Below, piece after piece: positions 8,415 to 22,300 of a DNA stretch of 64,000 nt. The stretch comes from a virus. Below the pieces are notes generated by a model. That model did no database searches, had not been told where the DNA came from, and saw only the letters and a list, made by a program, of their open reading frames with translations. The position numbers and the translations under genes were made by a program. How positions within the stretch are numbered: the stretch's first letter is position 1; every line of letters starts with the position of its first letter. The DNA lies in the IMG/VR virus record IMGVR_UViG_3300022407_006288, positions 1 through 64,000 of that record; one strand, given 5' to 3'.

Positions 8415-10442
8415 TTAAGTTTTTATAATATAGCAGAGTGCATAGTATGGTGGGAGGTTTTTATCGGTGCCAGCCACACCGGCGCTAGCAACAGACAGAG
8501 TATGAGTGTGGCCACCCGCGTAATCCGTAGTTGGTCTCGGTGATCTATAATAATATGTTTCGTTGTCACTATCAGAATCACCTGACCCAAATAAGCTGCC
8601 CCCTGGCGTTGTATTTTCTGCAAAATATGCATCGTCGTACCCGTGTTGATGACTTCCTGCGCTATCAGTTGTGGTCGTACCGTGACCGTGACTTACAACA
8701 ACAGCATCTTTACTGCCGCCTGTTGCTCCTACAGCATATGAATTGCCTGCACCAACCACAAACTTGTCTCTTAGGTCCGGTCTTCCGGCGAGTCCATCAC
8801 ACAATGCCCATCCGCCGGGTATAGCATTTGATGCTCCCGACCATAATAAAATAGCACCGGTCGGCACTCCGTTCGCCCACGCAAGCGTACCAGCACCATT
8901 GGTTGCAAGCACTTGTCCGGCTGATCCGTCTGCTGTAGGTAGTGTATATGTTGTTCCTGTTGAAGATGCAGGTGCCTTAATCTGCACATAGCCCGATACA
9001 GTCCCCGATAATTTAACATTACCGCTTACATTAACATTGCCGGCCACATCTAATTTTGAACCAGGTGTGGTTGTTCCAATTCCAACATCACCGTTTGCCA
9101 GCACTCGCATTCTTTCGGTATTACCGGTATGTATTGTTAGCGGCAATGTATTGCCTGTTCCTGTGCTGCCCGATGCTAATCTAGCTTCGGTACTGGTAAC
9201 TATAAGTTGTGCTAAACTTGAATTGGTTGGATCACTATTATTATATGCATTAAAACTGGCCTGAGTTGAACTACCACTGGGCACTGCACCAACTGATGTT
9301 ACGTTATTTGCTGTGGTTGTTTGAAACAATACTCGATTAGAGATTGTGGCACTACTAAAATCACCAAGTATTCTTTGTTGTGTTTTACTAAAACTCAAAG
9401 AGCCTGTGGGCGTTATCCTTAATGCTTCAGTACCACCGGTATCGAATCTAATAATACCTGCTGTGCCAGATCCAGTTGATGTACCACCAGCAAGAATTAA
9501 CGGGCCGCCGTTATTATTTCCGGAACCACCAGTACCTGCACCACCGCTAACCAGTGTCTGTGCCCCGTTGACAGTTCCGGTGCCGGGGGCAAGTGTGATA
9601 TTACCGGCTGCGCCCGAAGAGGCATTGCCGGTTGATAATAGCAGTGTTCCCGAAGTTGTTCCCGGAAGTGCTGCACCAGTTTGAATAATTAATCCGTGGT
9701 TACCAGTTGCGGTTTTGATGGCACCAGACAGACTACCTAAAGTTATTGTTCCGCCGACAAAAGTAAAATTGGGAGCAAATGTTGTGGTACTTGGTGCAAA
9801 CTGAAATGGTATTTGACCAGCTGTTCCGCCTGGTATACCGCCACCACCTGCATTTACTGACGCCCAGTAAGCATTGGTTCCGTCGGTTGTTAAAAATTTA
9901 TAGTCGTTGCCAATTTGATTGGGTGCCAGTGCGTTAAATGCATCATTTGCTGTTGCAGCACCGGTACCACCGTTTGATATATTAAGTGTTGTTCCATTCC
10001 ATGAGTTATTTCCGAAGATTGAAACAGCGCCGCTAACAATTCGCATATCTCCTGTTTTAGGTAATACAGACGGGTTGACTACAGATACTTCGCCTGTTTC
10101 CAGGCTGTTGAGCGATACTATTTTTTTCCAGTTGGCAATACCGCCAGTTGTATTACTGTTGAATTTTACGTAAAGATTACCTGCACTAGCCGAAGTTGCG
10201 TTGTACCAAAGTTGCCCTTGCATTGAAATGGTGTCATTTGGAATAATAGATCCTGCAAAGTTAGATACCATTTGAACAATGTTCTGCGCAAAAGGTAGTC
10301 CATAGTCGACGGAGTTTTTTCCGGGCAATTGTAAACCAAGTTTATTAGTAGCATCATATAGGGCAACGTCAATTACATTATCGGGCACCAGTACAGGATT
10401 TACTCCATTTGCACCAACCGGCTTATATACCTCATACGTCAT
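8415..10442 (-). CDS. Tail fibre protein with C-terminal tail-collar domain
   Basis: G/T/S/A-rich fibre sequence; VPTGAILLWSG...GWALCDG...PDLRDKFVVGAG and NLPPYYALCYIIKT collar motifs. Confidence 0.85.
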   Translation of the reverse strand: MTYEVYKPVGANGVNPVLVPDNVIDVALYDATNKLGLQLPGKNSVDYGLPFAQNIVQMVSNFAGSIIPNDTISMQGQLWYNATSASAGNLYVKFNSNTTGGIANWKKIVSLNSLETGEVSVVNPSVLPKTGDMRIVSGAVSIFGNNSWNGTTLNISNGGTGAATANDAFNALAPNQIGNDYKFLTTDGTNAYWASVNAGGGGIPGGTAGQIPFQFAPSTTTFAPNFTFVGGTITLGSLSGAIKTATGNHGLIIQTGAALPGTTSGTLLLSTGNASSGAAGNITLAPGTGTVNGAQTLVSGGAGTGGSGNNNGGPLILAGGTSTGSGTAGIIRFDTGGTEALRITPTGSLSFSKTQQRILGDFSSATISNRVLFQTTTANNVTSVGAVPSGSSTQASFNAYNNSDPTNSSLAQLIVTSTEARLASGSTGTGNTLPLTIHTGNTERMRVLANGDVGIGTTTPGSKLDVAGNVNVSGNVKLSGTVSGYVQIKAPASSTGTTYTLPTADGSAGQVLATNGAGTLAWANGVPTGAILLWSGASNAIPGGWALCDGLAGRPDLRDKFVVGAGNSYAVGATGGSKDAVVVSHGHGTTTTDSAGSHQHGYDDAYFAENTTPGGSLFGSGDSDSDNETYYYRSPRPTTDYAGGHTHTLSVASAGVAGTDKNLPPYYALCYIIKT

Positions 10443-10468
10443 TTTAATAATTCCTTAGTTTTATTTTG

Positions 10469-12451
10469 TTATGAAATATTTGCTTGTTGTGTAACTAGCC
10501 AAATATTTTTAGTACTGTTATAATTCATTTTATAAAAATCCACAGCATTTGCTGTTAATGTTGAAGTATATGCTACGCCGCCAGGGAATTTAAAATTTGT
10601 ACCCCATGTAATATTTTCTCCGCCAACAATGGACTGAAATACCCATAAATTAATTTCCATGCCGCTTGAAGAATTAACGGGATTGGCAATTTCTCGTGTG
10701 GCGCCTACCAACTGAGTGGCCTGTAGTTCAAAATTATTTGATTGGCTTGCATCTATGGTTATTGTGGCAGCATCTGTTAAATCTTTTATTATTACGCTCT
10801 GGTTATTAGTAAATACGTTAACAGCATCTAAACCTGCGGCCGGAGTCCAGGAACTAGTGGTGCCGTCGGTTGTTAAGAATTTGCCAGCATTACTAAACTG
10901 ATCAGGTAATGGGGACTCCCATGTAGCAGTAATACCGTCGGTTGTTAAAAACAAGCCTTCGTTCCCAAGCTGATCAGGTAATGGGGCTGCCCAGACGACA
11001 AACTCACCATCGGTTGCTAAAAATTTGCCTTCGTTTTCAAATTGATCAGGAAGTAAATTATTAATGGCAACATTTGCACTACTGCCCCCGGTGCCACCGC
11101 CAGTGATTGACAGGACCTGGGAAAGACCGCCGGCATTGCCTGTTGTATCTTGATTCAAGATTGGGAAATCTGCTACTGTAGCAATAGACGGCTGACCAGT
11201 GCCGCCAGTATTGAGCAAAAATCCAGTGAGTAATTCTGATAATGTAATTCCGTTAATGGCAGTTACAGTAGTACTAAACTGGTCAGTATCTCCAGTACCT
11301 ATCACATCGCCAACAAGAGTTGTTGTTCCGTTAGTGGAAGATATAATACGACCTTTGCTATCTACTACAATATTTGCATTTGTGTATGCCCCGGGAGCAA
11401 CTGCTGTATCTGACAGTGTTGTTGTAATAGCACCGGTGCCAGTTCCCGACACATCGCCGGATAGTGTGATAGTCTGGTCCCCAGTGTTTGACCCCGATAA
11501 ATTAGATGCAGACACAGTCCCTGCTACTACCAACTGTGTGGGTATATTGACACTGGCACTTGAATTTATGCTAATAGCAGTAGTTCCGCCGTTATTAATT
11601 AATAAAGTTTGATAATTACCTGCTCCACGAATCTTACCTTCAATTCCGTAATAATCTGTTTGGCTGTTATTAAATATGCTTAAATATGCACTGTTAGCAA
11701 ACGCAGTTGATACCTGTTCTAATTCCAGTGATGTTGTTGATGCATTACCATTGGGCAATATAGAAATTATAGTATCGCTGTTAGTTGTTGCGGTCTGAAG
11801 TGCAGTGCGTGTCATTGAACCACTACCCGACACAGGGCTGCTAAAATCGCCTAAAATGCGCTGATTTGATGCGGTTCCGCTGAATGTTAAGTTACCGATA
11901 GTGGATACACTTTCCGGGGTAATGTTGCCCAGTGTCAGTGAAATTGTGCCTGTTGTTGTAATTGGACTGCCTGTTGAGGTAATTCCATTTGCACCTGTTA
12001 CAACAACTGATGTGACACTACCTGTACCAAGATTGTTACTGTTTGCGCTGGTGATTCTACCAAAAGAGTCAACAGTGAAACTTGCATAATTGTATACGCC
12101 GGGCGTGACAGGACTGGTACCCAATGCAATTTGTTTCCAGTTTGTTATTCCGCCAAATGTTGCGCCGCTATATCTAATAAAAAGATTCCCGTCAGTTTCT
12201 GATGATTTTTGGAACCATAACTGTCCTTGTAATGATGTAGTATCGCCGGGGATAGTTGCACTACAAAAATTTTCTGTCATTTGTAAACATGTTTGTGCAA
12301 TAGGAGCAACATATATGGGAGAGTTATTGCCAATAAGCTGTATACCAATGCCTTTTCCGCCGTTGGCTGCGGTGTCGTTAAACGCCTGATCAACTACACC
12401 ATCGGGTATTGAAACTGTAGTTCCGTCGGATTTATAAATATTGTATGCCAT
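10469..12451 (-). CDS. Tail fibre protein
   Basis: Shared N-terminal attachment domain, VTPGVYNYASFTVDSFGRIT-type repeats, three LPDQ..N.GKFL.TDG...W repeats. Confidence 0.8.
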   Translation of the reverse strand: MAYNIYKSDGTTVSIPDGVVDQAFNDTAANGGKGIGIQLIGNNSPIYVAPIAQTCLQMTENFCSATIPGDTTSLQGQLWFQKSSETDGNLFIRYSGATFGGITNWKQIALGTSPVTPGVYNYASFTVDSFGRITSANSNNLGTGSVTSVVVTGANGITSTGSPITTTGTISLTLGNITPESVSTIGNLTFSGTASNQRILGDFSSPVSGSGSMTRTALQTATTNSDTIISILPNGNASTTSLELEQVSTAFANSAYLSIFNNSQTDYYGIEGKIRGAGNYQTLLINNGGTTAISINSSASVNIPTQLVVAGTVSASNLSGSNTGDQTITLSGDVSGTGTGAITTTLSDTAVAPGAYTNANIVVDSKGRIISSTNGTTTLVGDVIGTGDTDQFSTTVTAINGITLSELLTGFLLNTGGTGQPSIATVADFPILNQDTTGNAGGLSQVLSITGGGTGGSSANVAINNLLPDQFENEGKFLATDGEFVVWAAPLPDQLGNEGLFLTTDGITATWESPLPDQFSNAGKFLTTDGTTSSWTPAAGLDAVNVFTNNQSVIIKDLTDAATITIDASQSNNFELQATQLVGATREIANPVNSSSGMEINLWVFQSIVGGENITWGTNFKFPGGVAYTSTLTANAVDFYKMNYNSTKNIWLVTQQANIS

Positions 12452-12456
12452 AAGGA

Positions 12457-13221
12457 TTACCTTGCCCCCATCTGAATTCTCAGTGTATAAACAATTTCTA
12501 AGGAACGATTGGCTGATTTTTGTACTGGGTGAAAAACAACATGCGTAAGCATTAGTTTAGACTTTGATCCAGGAGTATTTGCATAGTTGGGGCCTTGTGT
12601 AACAAAATTATTAACATCACTAACTGTTGATGTATAATCGCCAACAAATAAATTATTAGACCCAGCAAATAACCCAATTTCGTTAAAAACAAGATTGGCT
12701 GGATCAAACGCTGTTGCAGCCGCACCTGCACTTGTACCTACAAATGTGGAATTATCTATGGCTGTTTGGGTAATATCAGCTCCGGTAATACCGATCGGGG
12801 GCTCAGTATACCCTATAGTTACATCAACAATAATGTCTTCATACATTGTTGCATAATCTTCGGGTGCAGTCTCTGCCGTAGATTTAACATTATAACTTGC
12901 CCTATCGGTTGCATCATTGGATAATTTTTTTACATAAATTGTGTTATATAAGTTAGCATTTGGATTTTTAACCAGGCTTGCTGCGCCCTCGCCTCTTGTG
13001 GCCTTATAGTTAATAATGCCGGTAGGGCCAACATATGCACCGCCGTTGCCAAATGCCATATAGTATAAAAAACTATTTGAATTTCCTATAAGTGCATGTG
13101 CCAATGCAGTTGACATATTTCCGTATAACACATCATTGTGTGTATCCACTAAAATTTCGCCGGTAGTTTTATCAATGATTTTTACAAATCCCTGAATAGA
13201 AGCACGAATTAAATCTTGCAT
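12457..13221 (-). CDS. Virion structural protein (baseplate/fibre-attachment region)
   Basis: FNEIGLF...THVVFHPVQKSANRSLEIVYTLRIQ; position in baseplate operon. Confidence 0.5.
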   Translation of the reverse strand: MQDLIRASIQGFVKIIDKTTGEILVDTHNDVLYGNMSTALAHALIGNSNSFLYYMAFGNGGAYVGPTGIINYKATRGEGAASLVKNPNANLYNTIYVKKLSNDATDRASYNVKSTAETAPEDYATMYEDIIVDVTIGYTEPPIGITGADITQTAIDNSTFVGTSAGAAATAFDPANLVFNEIGLFAGSNNLFVGDYTSTVSDVNNFVTQGPNYANTPGSKSKLMLTHVVFHPVQKSANRSLEIVYTLRIQMGAR

Positions 13222-13222
13222 T

Positions 13223-13372
13223 TTAACCTCTTTTATTTACTAACGTTTCGTTGGTATCTTTATCTTTAATTAAAATATGACACTGTACATCCATCCTTGC
13301 TGTATCGACAAAGACATCGTCTTTTTTAGGTTCAGGAGTTTGTTCAACATTACTAGTTTCTTTATTTATCAT
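13223..13372 (-). CDS. Small protein (49 aa, not in ORF track)
   Basis: MINKETSNVEQTPEPKKDDVFVDTARMDVQCHILIKDKDTNETLVNKRG; resembles the N-terminus of the next gene (VKIIDKTTGEILV); contains a GATAAATA at 13363-13370, so its start is uncertain. Confidence 0.5.
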   Translation of the reverse strand: MINKETSNVEQTPEPKKDDVFVDTARMDVQCHILIKDKDTNETLVNKRG

Positions 13373-13393
13373 GATAATTATATACCTATATTG

Positions 13394-16300
13394 TTATGGA
13401 ATACTTATGCCTTGACTCTCGGTTAGGAACACTGCTTCTGGTGTCTGCGCATACCAAAGCCCGCCTAAGGGCACATCTTCAATGCTGGTGTACTGATTAC
13501 CCCAAATAAACTGCCCCCAGGCATTATATCCAAAGCTGGCACCAAATGCTGATGCACCATCAGCTTTGGCAGGTAGGCGAGATGCATTCCATACTGTGAT
13601 ATTTGCTCCCTCTGGTATGATATTATCTTTTTCAATCCATACAGGATTTTTAACTAGCACTAGAGGATCTTCTAAGCTGGGTATCATAACATTATGTTCT
13701 ACAGCCGATGTTCCTTGCGTTGCGCGACGAATAAGTTTTAATTCCCAGACATTTGTTTGACCAACAACGGGTTCTTTGAGTTTATATTCAATTCTTTCCC
13801 CGCCGATCCAAAAAGCAGCACCGTCTAAGTCATCGGGATCCGGAAAAATATCTGTATCGGCTGTGACAGTAATTACTTCGGTATTATCTGTAATTCCAGC
13901 AGTTGGCCACGGTATATCGCTGACTAAAGTGCCAGAATCAATTTCTGCATTTCTATAAAATTCAGTTCCGTCAAATATATTTGTATGTTCCTTGAAACTA
14001 ATAGTGTTGGCTAATATTTCAACTTCTAATACCGGGTCCCACGTGACATATTCTGATCCGCCTTCGCCAATTAATACATCTGCAATAGGCCCGTCAACTG
14101 ATTCCCATACATCTCCCCACCCCAAATACGGGGTTGGTACGCCAGTTGAAATATTTACAGGTAACTTTGTATCAACATTTATTACTAAGTTAGTGGTAGG
14201 AAACCCCATTGCAATTTCGCTGCGAGGTATATTACCCTGTAAAATAGTTAATTGACCACCATCCCACAATAGTAATGCAACAAGATCTTTAAATGGCGGC
14301 GATTGTGTTGACCCCGGGTCATTGTAAAAGTATATTGTGTATGTGGTATTAGTTAAACTTGTATTATCAACCTCTACATAAAAATCTTCGCCATTACTTA
14401 ATGCTATGCCATTATTTTGTACACTCACAATATTGGCAGGAGATATAAACGTTTGTGGACTATTTAGATACAAGTTGCTATTTGATAATGTAAAGGTAGA
14501 AGGGTATAAATGTGACATACCATTATTTTTAGATGGATTATAGGTTCCTGCTAATGAAATAGTATTTACGGTAGGCCAATCATCGTTGGGATCCGGTATA
14601 AAGTCAGCAACAGTATTATTAACAGATACAAATTGTGGCACTATATCGGCTAGTGATGATGCGTCCCACAAAAATTCATCATAATCTTTATCGTAATCTA
14701 TGTCCCAGCCAACAGTGGGTGTAAGAGTATTTTGCGGCGTGTTGACATATTGACCGGATGAATATTTCCCGCCAAATTGCAATATAAAGTTGGCTTTTAC
14801 AAATTCTTCCACAGTACCGAGCGTGGTATCAAGATGTGTATATACGCTTGTATAATCTCTAATTTGAGTATGATACGGTTTAGAATCTTTGATATAATCA
14901 ATAATATTTGTAATTTGGTCAGGTACATATAACTGATCTTGTGATAATTTTAAATTGGTTTCTTTGATGTAAATATAAGATGACTTAAACAACCAGTTGG
15001 GATTTTTCTGTTCACTTAGAACATAATTTAACATGGAGAAGAACAATTCGTTTTGATCAATGAAATATGTATTAGTCATAATTTCATTTCTAAACGAATT
15101 TAACAGCTCCCTAAGTGTAGTGGATAGATTATATTCATCGGTCGCTGTATAAACTGTACTCATTAGTTCAATTGCGCTATTTTGTAGACCAACAGTTTCC
15201 AACGAGAGTTTAGTTGTGTCAACGGGGTCTTTGATAACAGCATACAATATGTATCTTCCATTACCGCCCGGATTAGTGATGCTTGCATTATTTTTATTTT
15301 CTACAATATCCCCTAATTGTAGTAATCCGGCTAAAAGTGCAATGTCAACTTCCGCTTTAGATGCATATATAACACTGGGAGTTACATTTTCATAACCTTT
15401 TTCGTACCAGTTTGTATACTGCCAATAAATGCCTTCGGAATTTGTCTGGAAGCTACTATTCCAGGCAGGTATAGTGTCTCTAACAGGAATATATTTTAGC
15501 AATGAGTTGGCTGCTTGGACAAATACTTTTCTTGCTGCTTGAAGTTTTACAAACATACTCTGTCGAGGGCGATATAAAATACCATACTTTTCAGCATTAC
15601 TTAATAGTGGATCCGGCACAGGTAAAATTTGGCCATATTCTGGTACTGAAGTCAAAGTAGCCTGATCGTATTTGGAAATGTCCCACCCAAAAATGTCCCA
15701 GGGCAGATTATTAGCAATAACGATGCTGTTAGAAAATTTGTCTGTTACAGGTAATAGCTGAGTATATCCGCATAAACTATCTGTCATTTTGTCCCAATAC
15801 TGCGGTGTTACTACAGATTTTGTATCACCCTCTCTAAAAAATGCCCACTGAGCATGTTTTTGGTCATCTCTTAATGATACCCTATATTGAATTTGTACAT
15901 TATTTCCCTGGTATGCAAGAATTTCTTGTACATTATAAAACATGTAGGAGTTGTTTGTAGTAGTCTGCTGAATTGGGCAGAAAAAGGCAAACCCACGGCT
16001 TCTAGGACTTTGAAGCATGAGAGAAACATCAAGTGCCGCCATGGTTCTATTTTCAATATTTGGCTGATCGGTTGTGTTAAGCACCCAGAAGTAATAATTT
16101 GTTTCTGTTATGTTTGTGAATCTGTTTGATGTTACAAGTTCTACATATGTGGTAATGTCTCGGGGTATCCCGGTACCTGTATACTGTTCAGGTGGAACAG
16201 GACTTTTAACCCATTCGTAAATAGCAATAGCAGATCCTGGAAAAATTTGTCCCCAACGATTTCTTCTATAGACTAAGTTATCGTTTTCAGTTTCGCTACC

Positions 16301-19300
16301 GTCCTGAGCAATTGGTTGTTCATAATAAACATACTTAACTTGAGATAAATCCCACCATAACCTTCCTACTTGCTGTTCTCCAAAAGTTATATTTTCGCTA
16401 AACAATCGTGGATTTGAGGTAACATTATAAGATGCAGGATCTATTAATGTCATATAGGTAATATTTTGTCTTGCAGGACCAGGCAATATTGCTTTAAACG
16501 GGTCGTATATTGGCAACTGAACAAGTTCAGTACCCTTGGTATTAAACACACTTGCACTTTGAAATAATGAATTATTGATCAGTGGCTGCTGTGTTCTAAA
16601 CGCTGTAAATCCAATTCCAGATTCCGGTGTATATGTACATGTGTATACGCCCCACCTTGGTCCTGGATTATCACCACTAATTTCAACTGTGGCAGCATCT
16701 GCCCATATCTTATCAGACACACTAATATATGACGGTGTTTGAAGTGCCGGAATTGTCATAAACCTCATTGTCTTAAACAACATTAATTTTGTAAAATTAT
16801 TAAACTGGGGTATATCGGTGGCAGATATAGGATTACCTGTAAGTGTTATTAAATTATAGTAATTTTTCCCGTCATTGGCAGAATCAGTTTGTACACTATC
16901 AAATGTAAATCCGACAGTGTAGTTTGTATCACCACCAACAGATGTGGGCGGCGAAATTGTCACAGTTGCAGACACATACCCGGAACCGCCGTTGGTTATT
17001 ACAATGCCGGTTACTATGCCGCCGGCAATTGTTGCTACGGCAGTTGCATCAACACCAGTATCGCTGGTAATAGTAACTGTAGGAACAGCACTATAATTTG
17101 CACCAGTCTTTGTTAGTGTTATTGATGTAATTGCTCCGGCAGTAATATCCACTACTGAATCTATTGTTGCCTGCGCTTCAATGACTTGTAGCACAATCAT
17201 GTTACCAAAATCAGTAACATCGCCTGTAGTAGAAAACTGCGGTGTAATTAAATATGAAGAATCTGTTCTTAAAAATAAATCATTATTGGCATCAGCATAC
17301 ACATCAAATGTTTCTGGTGCAATATTAACAAGTTTATAAACGCCCCAGTCTTCCGTAAATGTTTTTGCGACCCATATAGTTTCCAATTCGACAGGATTAA
17401 AACTGTCTGTGCCCCATGTTACAGCAGTTTGATTAACATCAAATCTACTATAGGTTACATCATTAAAATTTACATAACCGGCATTGGGTGTAGAATACTC
17501 AGTTCTATTTGTAACGGGAAATTCAAGTGAGTAACTTGGATTTGTAGGGCGCACTTTCCATACATCTATTTCGTCAATACTGATATCGATAATATTATCA
17601 AGGGTGGTGTCAACAATAATTTCGCCTTGCCATACACTATATAACCTATCAAGGTTATTTTGTTCGTTACCGGAATCAATTACAACTACCGGTGCGTAAG
17701 AATATCCATACCCCGGTTCAATAATATCAATACGAGCAATCCGCTTTTCTGAATCCAATACTGCGTATGCAGTGGCTTGTCGAATTGGGTGTTTTAGTGC
17801 AGGATTATCGGAACTAATATCCGGTGCGTCAATAACAATCTTTGGCACACGAGTATATGTATTTTGAGAATTTAAAATATTAATTTCTCTTACAAACCCG
17901 ATAGTTGATGGTACAAAGTTTAGTCTTGTAACAATAACTTCGCCTGTATTTTGTTCTGGTTTTATAGTAAATTCAGTGGATACTTGTTCAACAGTATTTC
18001 CAAATTCACCTAATTTTAATGCCCATTCTTCATATACATCAACAATTTCATCATTGCCTGTACCACGAATCTGTGAAGACTTAAATAATTTTTCAAGGGC
18101 TTGTTTTGTGCCTTTTTGTCTAATAGCACCCTGGTAAAATAGATACTGTACATCGTTAGATACTTGCAAATTGTCAAGATAACTTTTACTTTCATACCCA
18201 ATCAGGTGCCTGCCGAGATCTTCAAGGCTTGGATTATCAATAACATAATTAGAATCATAGTAATACCTCATATCGCTAACAATGGTATCAAAGTTAGGCA
18301 CAAGTTGATCAGCAATAACTAGATATCCAGGTGCTTCCATTTTACCGTACCAACTGTTGCTTCTAAATCCGTTGAATCTTAGGCGCTGCTGTCTTGCTCG
18401 TAATAGAGGAGAATACACAACATCATTAAAACTAGTTGTATTATCGAATATAAGAATATGTTCGGTCTCGGAGGCATTAACTTGTAGGAAATAAATCCCC
18501 CCAACAGATAAGTTTGCTGGCGAGACTGTAATTAATGGACCATCTCTATTAACCGTGGTATCAACTGGTGCAATAGCAACACCGTATTTGTCCAAAATAC
18601 TATATATTCCATTTGTTAATGTTTCAACATCATCGGGATATCCTCGCTTGACAATTAATGTTGCTGAGTTTGCAAGCGGGCTTAATTGTATAGATGCATC
18701 AACTGCCCAGGATGTGTTTAACCAAAATAGAAACTGCTTTGCAGAAGCTAACCAGTCATTAATTTGATTTGTATCTTCGTTTACATCTTGGAACTGCCAT
18801 CCCTGAGTTTCAAGCCATGCGCCCCATCCGATTAAAAAGTCAAATACCTGTTGCGGTGTATCAAATATAGTTCCGTAGGCATAACTTGTAATGGTAGTAT
18901 CTGAAATAGGTCTGTATGTTACAGAAACACCGCCCGATATAGGAAGGGATCTTAATTTCTGCCATGCTTTTGAAATAAACCCCTGTACAGTCTGGGTAGA
19001 TAAACTTCGATAATACACGCCGTTATATCTAACAATATCGCCGGTTTTGTATGTGGCTCCCGACGTAAAATACTGAAATTCTTCAGGGGTGCCGCCAACA
19101 GAAATATCAATTAATTGATTATTTGTTCTGTTCAGTGTTTTAAATGATGCATTTAATAAATCGTATCCGTAAATAGCAAATGTGCCATCCCCGAGGCCTC
19201 TAATAATAACTCCACTATAGGAATATGTATCAACAGCAGGACTTTTGTGCAGAAGTACATTAAAATTATTTGATGGAATAATTAAGGTATTTGTTGTTGT

Positions 19301-22300
19301 ACCGGGTGATATAGATTCAATATATGTATTGGTGGTATCTTTATTTGTAAATCCGGCAAATTTATTTGCAAGATTTACGTCAAGGGTCCTGATTTTTTGC
19401 CCAAATGTTGTTGCAACATCTTTACCAAGAAAAAGTATTCTATCGCTGACCCATGATTGATAGCCTAGGCGTATTTGTACAACACTATCGACTATTTCTG
19501 CATGAACAATTTGATCTTTATTTTTTGGGCGCATCCATAGATACAAAGGATCAGTACTCTTAAATTTATCATTTTGTACATATTGCCAATCTGTATCGGA
19601 CATTACGGGACTTTTTATATCTGGTATAATCAATTGTCCGGGCAACAGTGTTGTGCCTAATGTATCCCATAATAGTTCCCCAAATGGGCCCGGGCGCATC
19701 AAGTATAGGAATTCTTGAGTACTATATGCATAAGCAGATGTTGACATCCATGCTTGCTCAACTGGCGCTCCATCTCCATATACCCACTCTGCATCAAATC
19801 CTTTAAATGGTGCATCATTGCTTGCAATACTGATATTAAATATTGCTGGTACAGAAATAATCATTCCTGCTGAGTCAACAGGAATAATTGACGATAATCC
19901 GGGCCTTGCCCACATGGGCTGTGATTGAACTTGTAAGGTATTTGGATCATAAATTGCCGAAGGGCCCTGTCTTATAATACCAGCTTCAAGATCAGCCCAC
20001 ATGTTATGTAAGCCTTGGCTTGTTGATGTCCATACTGATTGTCCGACAAGAGTCACGGGTGCGCCGTATTCTTCTATCCACCAAGACGGTTGCTGGCTGA
20101 GCCCTAGCATTTCCCACGGTCTAGTATTTGGATAATATGTATCGTAGAAGTATTGAAAGATGCCTTTCCAGTTACCGGGTAAATTTAAGGTCTGATCGTA
20201 TCCAAGATTATCCCATCCAAAAATATCCCAGTGGCCAATGCCATTTAATGCATCTCGATAATTATATAATTTCCATTTTTCAGTTACGGGAGTTATTTTA
20301 CTTGCCGATACCCAGTCGTTGGCTCTGTAATTTGCTTTATTTTTAGCAGACCATTTATTTAAATAAGATTCAGTAATAGCTAGATACTCCTGTCGGGAAT
20401 ATCGAGTTTGTCTAAAGTATCCTGATTTTACAGATTCAACACGCAACGGAACATAGTATTCATCTCGAAATTTAGTTACTATACCATTATAAATTCTTCT
20501 TTCAATCTCGAGCAATAGCTGATCTCTATAATCGTTATAGGCAATAGTTTTTGATCCATCGTGCCCAATAATAATATCTGTTGGAATTGCGTATGATGTA
20601 TCAAGTTCAATACGAGGAATATATGTAGAATATGTACCAAGCTTTGATGGAGTTGACGGTATATATGTTGACAATGGATCTTTGTATAGATAAAATGCTA
20701 ATGTTTTACCACTATACTGGTTAGATAATTTTACCTCAATAATATCGCGGGAGTCAATAACGCTGTAATCTTTGCCTACAAGAAGCATATTAGGCAAGTC
20801 TAAGTCTGATATATCATACACATACATTACATTCTTTAAATCATCTAAATCAATGTAATCTTCAAGTGTAACCAATCCGCTAGATGGGACGGTTACTACC
20901 TGTGAGAATGTAGGAACACCACTTGCGGCCATGTAAGAGTATGCAAAAGAATTAGAAAATTCTTTTGATATGTTTAATACTTTTAAAATTTGCCCAACCC
21001 ATATACTAATATCAATAGTACCATCTTGATAGCGCCTAGGATTAAATTCTTGATTGATCAACTGTAATGCAACAGTCAAATATTTATTTTTAAATTTTGT
21101 ATATTCGTCCTGACTAAATCGTATACTGGCAATAAAATCTAAGTCATCGGACGACGATACCAACATTGATTTTAATGCCGGTGCAAGATTTTGAAGGATA
21201 TATAATCCGACAGATCCATTCTTTCTAGAATCTCTGTAATTATTATTGCCACCAAACGCAACCCCGCTAAATCCAATTTGATTTGAAATAATAGATGAAA
21301 ATTGTTGAATTAAATTACTTGCGCTAATATCAGTAACTTCAAGTTGCGTAGGATTTGCCTCAAGCTGCTGCGGGATCTGAAAATAGCCAGATGCTGTCGG
21401 ATCTAATAAATCTTGAGTATATGTTTGAATTTCAACTACTGGTGGTACAAGTTGTGTGGTCAACAATAGTTGAGTTAAATAAGCGTAAAGATTGACATAG
21501 ATATTGTTTTTTATTTCTATAAGGGTATATCCAAGCGGGTTGGTTGCTGAATCATACGGATTAATTTGTGCGCTGTTTACTAAAACAATAATATCGGGCG
21601 ACTGTATAGCAGTCGCAGGATAACCATAAGGAGTAACACTTAGTTCAAATTGATATTCAGTACCATAGCCCACAACATACTGATTGATAACTCGTTGTTT
21701 ACTTAAATTGATACAATTACTTGGGGGCGCAGGTGTGATATCTGCGCAAGGGCACGGATCGTATAAATTCCAACCATTTTTTAATGTGGAGGATGTTCTT
21801 GTTTTATAATAATAGTATCCCTCAATTGGTAAGCGTATTTGTATTGTATTATTACTACCAGTATATGTATATCTGTCGGTAATTAAGTTATTTTGAAAAA
21901 CAATATCGGAAGACAATCCTAGCGAGGTATAAACAATAGGAAATCCCAATACAGGATCAACTGTTGCACCGGGCGAGGTATTGGGTTTATATGAGAAAAT
22001 TTTGTTGCCGCCTGTAAAGCTACTATCGGGATATTCTTCTAATGCAATGCCCTTATAATCGTAAAGTTCAAATAGCGGTGGCTGATTTACACGATCTTTA
22101 TCGTTATATGCTCTATTCCAGGTGCCCAAATCTAAGATATTGTCTAGATCAATAGTATAATACCACGATTGCCCTCTTTTCGAACCCCCGCGGTAAGGAG
22201 CATCCTTGTTGATAAAAACAATATCTCCGTCGTCAACTGTCTGTGATGGAAGATAAGATGTCTTTGGATAAAATAACACAGACCCGTTAGGCATAACATT

